DNA of 64,000 nt from a virus, in IMG/VR virus record IMGVR_UViG_3300006045_000004, positions 26,180 through 90,179 of that record; one strand, 5' to 3'. Shown piece after piece: positions 57,502 through 64,000 of the stretch (position 1 is its first letter; each line of letters starts with the position of its first letter). The notes under the pieces were generated by a model. That model did not search any database. It was not told the DNA's origin and saw nothing but the letters and a program-made list of their open reading frames with translations. The position numbers and the translations under genes are program-made.

Positions 57502-57991
57502 TTTGAGATATAGTGATAAGAGTAAGAAAATAATATGGAAAAGTTTAAACTCTGATTATCGTTCAAAACAAAATGAAATGGTTAAAAAGATTAGTGATGA
57601 TATTATTTTAGAATTAGGGATGAATGGTGTTCCAATTGATAAAATAAAGTTTATTGGTGATTATTTAATGTCGTGTGGTGATGATTATTGTGGTGGGTTG
57701 ATAAGAGGTAATTTTGTTAGTAAAAGAAAAGATAATTGTGAGATGTGTGGTTCTACTAAAAAACTAACAAATCACCATATAAAACCAAAAAGAAGTCATA
57801 GGTGGTTACAATATAACCCTTCAAATTCTATGACCCTGTGCGAGTCGTGTCACAGAATAATACATACGACTAAACCTGAAAATATTTATAAAAAGAAAAA
57901 GAAAAAAATAAAAAAAACATTAAAAAATAGACAAACACATAAAAAATTTAAAACAAATAAACTAAAAAAAATAGCAAAGGTGAAAAAATGA
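57488..57991 (+). CDS. HNH endonuclease with a Lys-rich tail
   Basis: CEMCG...NHHIKP...NSMTLCESCH. Confidence 0.85.
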   Translation: MEVFNLRYSDKSKKIIWKSLNSDYRSKQNEMVKKISDDIILELGMNGVPIDKIKFIGDYLMSCGDDYCGGLIRGNFVSKRKDNCEMCGSTKKLTNHHIKPKRSHRWLQYNPSNSMTLCESCHRIIHTTKPENIYKKKKKKIKKTLKNRQTHKKFKTNKLKKIAKVKK

Positions 57992-59214
57992 TTAAAATTA
58001 ATGGTATTGAAGTTGATAAAAGTGTTTTAAATCCTATGTTTACAGATGAAGAACTGAACCAATTAATAAATGAAAAAACATATATTGAGTTAATTACAGA
58101 TGATGAACCAATTGGTAATGTTGTTTATATTGGAGGTCATCAAACCGTAGCTGTAAATGGTTCTGAATTTGCTCATCAAAAATTCACACCACAAGAATTT
58201 GAAGAAACAATGGCAAGATTACCATATCCAAACCAAGAAAGTGATTATAGTGGTAATAATATGGATGGAAGTGGAATGAGTCAAATGAGATTGTTTACTG
58301 ATATTATGAAAGCTTTAAATCCTAATTGTTCTGATGAAATGGATGAGTTTTTAAGAAAACTTAAAGAAGGTGAATAAATTGGAAGAAAAGTTTGGCTTTG
58401 AAGATTTTATTATAGTTTTTCTTATGTTTGGGATTAGTCTTGGAGGATTTGCATTATTAATATTAATAAAAATTGTATCAGGTGTATAAAATGAGTAGAA
58501 TGACTTTTAAACATAATGAAATTGAAAGAAAAGATGGTAAAATCACAATACCAATAGATTATCTTAGACAAATAGGTGAATTTATTGAAGGAGCAAATAG
58601 AGAAGATAATGTTTTTAGAGAAGTCGATATTGATAGTATAAATAGGGGTTTAATGTTTTTAGCTGGAATTAAAAAATATGGTGAATGGAGTGATTTAGAT
58701 GATAAATGAGGATTATAAAGCATGTAAAACAATGTATCCAAAAATAAATATGAGAACTGAAATAGCTAATGCTATTTGTAAAGAATATTGGAATAATACT
58801 GCAACTGTTGTTCAAAGAATAAGGTATAATGGTGAAGATAATGCTATAAGGGTTAAATATAAAAAGAATTTTGATATGATTAAGGTTCTTCAAAAACATA
58901 TGGGAAAAGCAACCGTTCAACTTGTTGACGAACATATAAATCCTTATCAAATTGTAGATGGTGTTTTAGATGAAGAAAATGGTTCTTATTGGATTTATGT
59001 TATTAAGTGTATAGATTGGGAGTTATTAAGTGAAGATAATGGATATTTAGATGATGTTGATAAAACTATAAATGTTAATATAGAATATCATCATAAAAAG
59101 AAAACCAACAGAAATATCGAAACACTTAAATATGATTAGAAATATATAGATTATTGGTGATTCAATAAATTTTTGAAGAACTAAAAATAAATAGATAAAA
59201 AAAGGTGTTAAATT

Positions 59215-59736
59215 ATGCCAAGAGAATATGAAGACCAAATAACTGACCGTGTTAAAGAATTAAGAGGCAAAACACAAAATATTGCTTTAAGATTTAGTAT
59301 AGCATGGAATGAATGTATGTTACTTGATAATAATGATTTGGATGCACATTGTCAAGAACCAAATGGAAACACTATATATTATAGTAATATGAGAAGTTCT
59401 ACTGGTGGTAGTTTAGATGTTGATATTATTACACCATCTGATTATAACAAATATGCAGTAGAAAACATTGTATATCCTAAAACTACAAGAATGCCAGAAG
59501 GTAATTACAGATTTCTTGTTCATTGTTATTCTTGTAGAGATGGTAAAGGAGGTTTTAGAGCTGAAATTGAGTTTGAAAATAAAAGGTATGAATTTATTTA
59601 TACTGAAATATTAACACAAAATGAAAAAGTTGTTGTTGCTGATGTTATGTTTAAAGGTGGTCGTTTTGCTTTAAGTGAGAAATTAAAACCAGTTAGAATT
59701 ATGGATTTAGAAAGAGGAGAGTTAATAGATGCCTAA
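59215..59736 (+). CDS. YfaP/DUF2135-like protein
   Basis: DLDAHCQEPNG.TIYY, GGSLDVD, ENIVYP and GNYRFLVH motifs. Confidence 0.6.
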   Translation: MPREYEDQITDRVKELRGKTQNIALRFSIAWNECMLLDNNDLDAHCQEPNGNTIYYSNMRSSTGGSLDVDIITPSDYNKYAVENIVYPKTTRMPEGNYRFLVHCYSCRDGKGGFRAEIEFENKRYEFIYTEILTQNEKVVVADVMFKGGRFALSEKLKPVRIMDLERGELIDA

Positions 59737-59887
59737 GTTAATTATTAAAAATTTTGGTGGTATTAATGAAGCTGAATTTGAAGGTGCTGAATTAACTATC
59801 ACAGCAGGAAATAATAATAGTGATAAATCTTTAATTCATAAAGTTTTTTATTGTTTATTATGTGAAGCAAGAAACCTTTCCGAATAG
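59729..59887 (+). pseudogene. 52-aa N-terminal fragment of an ABC-type (AAA_15/AAA_21-like) ATPase with a broken Walker A
   Basis: MPKLIIKNFGGINEAEF...LTITAGNNNSDKSLIHKVFYCLL; GAGGAG RBS; Walker A reads G.NNSDKS instead of G.NNSGKS. Confidence 0.65.
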
Positions 59888-59972
59888 AGATTTAAATTTT
59901 CATCAGAAAAAGACACAAAAAACAAAAGATTTATATATGATAAAAAATAATAGATAACTGGAGGTCAAAAAA

Positions 59973-60581
59973 TTGAAAAATAGATTTTCAGATTACATAG
60001 TTGATTTCAACCAACAAGACAAAGCAAAATCTGTTGAAAAAATATTTGACGACTTTTCAAAAGTTGTTATAGAAAAAAAGAATGGTGGAGTAGACAATTT
60101 TTCTTTTGAAGACATGATGAGATTAACAATGAAAAAAATAAAAAAAGAAAGTAATGTAGATATAAATGTTCCTGAAAATATAACATTTGATGGTGTATTC
60201 AATTGCTTAGTCAAATATCCAGTTGAAATGACTAATAGATGTCCAGAAAATGTTGGTGGTGCTTATTTCCCACCAGGAAGAAAAGTTTACATAAATCAAA
60301 ATGCAAGAGAAATAGACAAGCTTCATTCATTAATACATGAATTGTGTCACTATCTTTTTAAGCACGATATTGGGGAGTATGTTCCTCGTTGTGAACTTGA
60401 AGCTGAATTTACTACTTATGTTGTTGAAAAAATGATGGGAATTGAAAATCATCATTCAAAATTTTATATATTTTTTGTTGCTCAAGATATAGATAATATT
60501 GAACAAACAATTAATATTTGTAAAGATGATATTCTTAGAACATCAAAACAATTACTACAAAATTTGGATTGTTACTTATGA
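59973..60581 (+). CDS. Zincin-like metallopeptidase (ImmA/IrrE or ArdC C-terminal type)
   Basis: GGAYFP...HELCHYLF...ELEAE; own TATA box at about 59930. Confidence 0.75.
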   Translation: MKNRFSDYIVDFNQQDKAKSVEKIFDDFSKVVIEKKNGGVDNFSFEDMMRLTMKKIKKESNVDINVPENITFDGVFNCLVKYPVEMTNRCPENVGGAYFPPGRKVYINQNAREIDKLHSLIHELCHYLFKHDIGEYVPRCELEAEFTTYVVEKMMGIENHHSKFYIFFVAQDIDNIEQTINICKDDILRTSKQLLQNLDCYL

Positions 60582-61368
60582 GAAAAGATGACATAATGAT
60601 GGCAAGAGCATTTATGAAAAGAGAAGAAGGTTCTCAATTAGTATTTGATACTGGTGACGACCAAGTTTTCTTAAAAGACCCCAGTAAATTGTTCTTTACC
60701 GATGATTTTTTGGTAATAAATGAGTTTCCAAAAGTGAGGTTAAAATATCACCATGTAGAGAAAATACTACTATCATATGAATCAGATTTATTTATAGAAT
60801 ATGATAGATTAGTTAATGTTGTAAAAGATTCATGGATAAACAACTTTGAATCTTATATCTATATACTTTATGAGGATATGTACTATTATATTAAAAGGGG
60901 TATGCTTATAAGTAGCAGTAATAATGGTATGACTTGTTTATTAGATGGTGAAGAAACATACATGAAGTATCAAGATATTGATGAATTAAAAATTAATATT
61001 ATGTTTTTAGAAGATAATATTATAGAAGTGGAGGATTAAAAATGGTTGTTCCTCAAAATGAAAAAGATATATTTTTAGATATAGAAAAAACAAAATTACA
61101 TAAAAAAATATTAGAATTTAGAAATGATTGGATAGCAATGTCTACTGATGATATTGTGGCTTCTAATGAGTTTGGTAGTGCTTTATATAATATTAAGCAC
61201 GGTCTTGCAGAAAATAATAATATGAATATAAGTATTATAATGAAAGATATAAAAGATATAAATATACAAAATTTAAAAAATACAAGAAATATTAATATAA
61301 GTGAAAGAGCATTTAATGATGCAATTAATGAAGCAAATGAATATTTTAATACAATAAAGGTGTAAATT

Positions 61369-62571
61369 ATGGCATTCGATGAACAAATTGAAGATTTAGA
61401 AAAGATTTTAGAAAGTCACGGTATCACTCCAAGTGGGTTTAGACAAAACGAAGCAGGTGAGGATAATGCTCCTGCTATTGATGATAATCATGGTGAAAGA
61501 GATGCTCCTCAGACACCACAAACTTGTGAAGCAGAAAATCCAGAAGATATTTGTAATGGATGTAAAAAAGCATTATCCGCCGTAGCTTTACAAGGACTAA
61601 GCGAAGAAGAATTACAAGCTGTTCGTGATGAATTAAATAGGTCTAAGGAAGATTTTGTTAAAGAAGCAGCCAAAGAAGCCAAAGCATCTTTAAGAAATAC
61701 TGTAAAAACAACTGTAGAGGATATTGATAAGCTAATTACAGAAAGAGTTCTTGAAACTGAAAGAACAGTAAGAACTATTATTGTTAATGATGAAGAACTT
61801 CCTATCCCAGAAGAAATTATTACTCACGAAAAGTTTGATAAGATTTTGACTTATGTTCAAAATAGAAAACCTGTATTTCTTGTTTCTAAGTCTGGTGTTG
61901 GTAAAACACATTTAGCAAAAGATATTGCTGGTGTTATGGGTTTAGAGTTCTATCCTACTTCTCAAATTACAGATGAATATCAATTACTTGGATGGAAGAA
62001 TGCAGAAGGTGAGTATCAACCAACAGGATTCTTCAAAGCATTTACAGAAGGTGGATTATTCTTATTTGATGAAATGGATGCTTCCGTTCCAGAAGCTGTT
62101 GTTAAAGTTAATATGGCTTTATCTAATGGTATATTAGAGTTTCCACATGGTATTTTTGAAGCACATGCTGATTTCCGTGTAATTGCAGCTGGAAACACTA
62201 TTGGTGGAGCAAATTCTACATATACAGCAAGAGGTAGACTTGATTTTGCTACATTAAATAGGTTTATTACAGTTAAAATGGATTACGATGCACAAATGGA
62301 AAGACATCTTGTAAGTAAAGATACAGCAATTTTATTCAATGGATTAAGAGAATATGCTGATAATACTATAAATATAGAAGTTGATTTTACAACAAGAGCA
62401 GCTATGTACTTTGATGAGATGAAAGAAACTAATATTCCAATGAATGATTTAATTACTGATATTCTTCTTCCACATGCTGATGTTGGTGATTTTGTTTCTT
62501 TTGGTGCTGAAAGTGATAATGATTTAGTTAAAGATGTAAGAAAAGGCATTAAAGAACTATCTGAAATGTAA
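61369..62571 (+). CDS. MoxR/CbbQ/CobS-like AAA+ ATPase
   Basis: SKSGVGKT, LFLFDEMDA, IAAGNT.G and LDFATLNRF motifs. Confidence 0.85.
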   Translation: MAFDEQIEDLEKILESHGITPSGFRQNEAGEDNAPAIDDNHGERDAPQTPQTCEAENPEDICNGCKKALSAVALQGLSEEELQAVRDELNRSKEDFVKEAAKEAKASLRNTVKTTVEDIDKLITERVLETERTVRTIIVNDEELPIPEEIITHEKFDKILTYVQNRKPVFLVSKSGVGKTHLAKDIAGVMGLEFYPTSQITDEYQLLGWKNAEGEYQPTGFFKAFTEGGLFLFDEMDASVPEAVVKVNMALSNGILEFPHGIFEAHADFRVIAAGNTIGGANSTYTARGRLDFATLNRFITVKMDYDAQMERHLVSKDTAILFNGLREYADNTINIEVDFTTRAAMYFDEMKETNIPMNDLITDILLPHADVGDFVSFGAESDNDLVKDVRKGIKELSEM

Positions 62572-62583
62572 TTGTGATACTTT

Positions 62584-63051
62584 ATGGTTATTAAAACTAA
62601 GTTTGGTAATGCTGGTATTAATGATAGAGGATATTATCGAATAGTTTCTTCGAAAGAAGGAAATTGCAATAAAAAACTTCATATTCTTAATTGGGAAGAC
62701 CATTATGGAATAAAAGTGCCAAAGGGATATGTAATACACCATATAGACCACAATCCACTAAATTGGAACATAAACAACCTACAATGTGTAAAAAGAAGTA
62801 TGCACTCGAGGTATCATCAAATTAATGTTAAAAGAACAGAAAAAAGCAAACAAAAACAAAGTAAAAAACAAAATAAAACTGGTTATTTTAGAGTTTATAA
62901 AGTAAAAGCTATAAGATATAAACAAGGTTTTATATATGTTTATCAGTATTATGATGAAAATAAAAAAAGAAAAAGTATTTCATCTGTTAATATTAAAAAG
63001 TTAGAACAAAAAGTTAAAGAAAAAGATTTAAAATGGATAAAATTCGAGTGA
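62584..63051 (+). mobile_element. Free-standing HNH homing endonuclease gene
   Basis: IHHIDHNPLNWNINNL..H motif plus C-terminal NKTGYFRV DNA-binding-type tail; sits between ATPase and partner. Confidence 0.8.
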
Positions 63052-63055
63052 TAAT

Positions 63056-63904
63056 ATGAAAAGAGTTGAAAAAGATGGTGATGTTTATTATTTCTTTGGT
63101 TCTATGGAAGATTTTACTCAATATATGGTTAAAATGGAAGACTATCATCCTTTTTTAAATAAAAATGAATGTATATCTATAAGAGAAAAAAGAGATAATG
63201 GATTCCATTCAATTAAGACATGGAAAAAATTTATAACAGCATTAAAAGGTGGTATGAGAGGTGCAGAAAAAGATAAAAACATTTTTCATACTGATACTTA
63301 TATGCATAAATTTAATATTGAAAAACATGTTAATGGACAGCCAGTAATTCCAAGAGTATTAAAAAATATCCCTAAAGCTTATAATAGATTAAAGAAAAAT
63401 AAAAAAACAGGTTTTTATAATATCTTTATTAATATTGGTGAGTATTGGGGTATAAAAGATAATAAAGTTAAAGAGTATAGAAATTATATTTATAATAAAA
63501 TTTATACTTTAATTAAAGAAGCAAATACTGTTGAGTTAAATATTTATGCTAAGATTATTTCAACTAAAACTGATAATTCTATGTCTATGGTTATTAAACT
63601 TAAACCTGCTATGTATGAAGTTAATATTGATAGGTTGATGTTTTTTGTTACTAATTCAGATATTTTAAGAAGAGGTATGTTTAGGTTAATGGAAGTTGAC
63701 CCTTTAATGTATAAAGATTGTAGGTTTGCTTATGGTAGACCTGCTAAATCTCGTGACCAAGATATTGAAAAACAGTTAAGAGGTATTCTTGTTCATAATT
63801 TAACTTCTTTTGATGGTCTTGATGAAGATGGTCATAGAGTTGATGAGTTTAAAGAAGCTGTTAAAGATGTTGAAGAAAGATTACTTGAAACTCAAACTAA
63901 TTAG
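63056..63904 (+). CDS. VWA-like partner of the MoxR ATPase (CobT-like), degenerate MIDAS
   Basis: Adjacent to the ATPase; IFINIGEYW, LRRGMFRLME and YGRP segments. Confidence 0.6.
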   Translation: MKRVEKDGDVYYFFGSMEDFTQYMVKMEDYHPFLNKNECISIREKRDNGFHSIKTWKKFITALKGGMRGAEKDKNIFHTDTYMHKFNIEKHVNGQPVIPRVLKNIPKAYNRLKKNKKTGFYNIFINIGEYWGIKDNKVKEYRNYIYNKIYTLIKEANTVELNIYAKIISTKTDNSMSMVIKLKPAMYEVNIDRLMFFVTNSDILRRGMFRLMEVDPLMYKDCRFAYGRPAKSRDQDIEKQLRGILVHNLTSFDGLDEDGHRVDEFKEAVKDVEERLLETQTN

Positions 63905-64000
63905 GTGATTATTTATGGATAGAGAGAATAAAGATGAAAACTATTATTATAGTGAAGAAGCTGGATTCGATTTATTTGGGTTTATGGAAAGAGGTTTATT

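Noticed and set aside
1-64000. Diversity-generating retroelement, integrase or stop-codon reassignment
   Set aside because: No reverse transcriptase or recombinase motifs, no adenine-specific repeat pair, and long genes read through intact in the standard code

Overview
This window is part of a very AT-rich tailed-virus (Caudoviricetes) genome. The host is most likely a methanogenic archaeon, inferred from TTTATATA boxes, GGTGA/GGAG ribosome-binding sites, many small Cys-rich zinc-binding proteins and a methanogen-style signal peptide. Bases 1-9342 (minus strand) hold a contractile-tail morphogenesis module: large terminase, portal, protease-scaffold, decoration protein, HK97-type capsid, head-tail joining proteins and the start of a tail sheath. 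Everything from 9463 onward is on the plus strand. 9.5-19.9 kb is an accessory block with a phosphoesterase, a DEDDh exonuclease and an XpaC/TelA-like membrane operon. 20-39.6 kb starts at an abrupt compositional break and is an early-type region of small ORFs, with an AGCT-dense island, an ArdC-like gene, a five-copy promoter cassette and a frameshifted radical SAM gene. At 39.7-41.8 kb, three perfect inverted repeats nested exactly on base 39887 precede a 529-codon P-loop replication-type ORF that apparently starts at ATA. The rest holds an SNF2 helicase, tandem paralog arrays, RtcB, HNH nucleases, a 52-aa ABC-ATPase N-terminal fragment and a MoxR/VWA-like pair. I recognised no tRNA, CRISPR array, integrase, reverse transcriptase or DNA polymerase. 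All family calls come from motif reading, not database searches, and all counts were done by hand.
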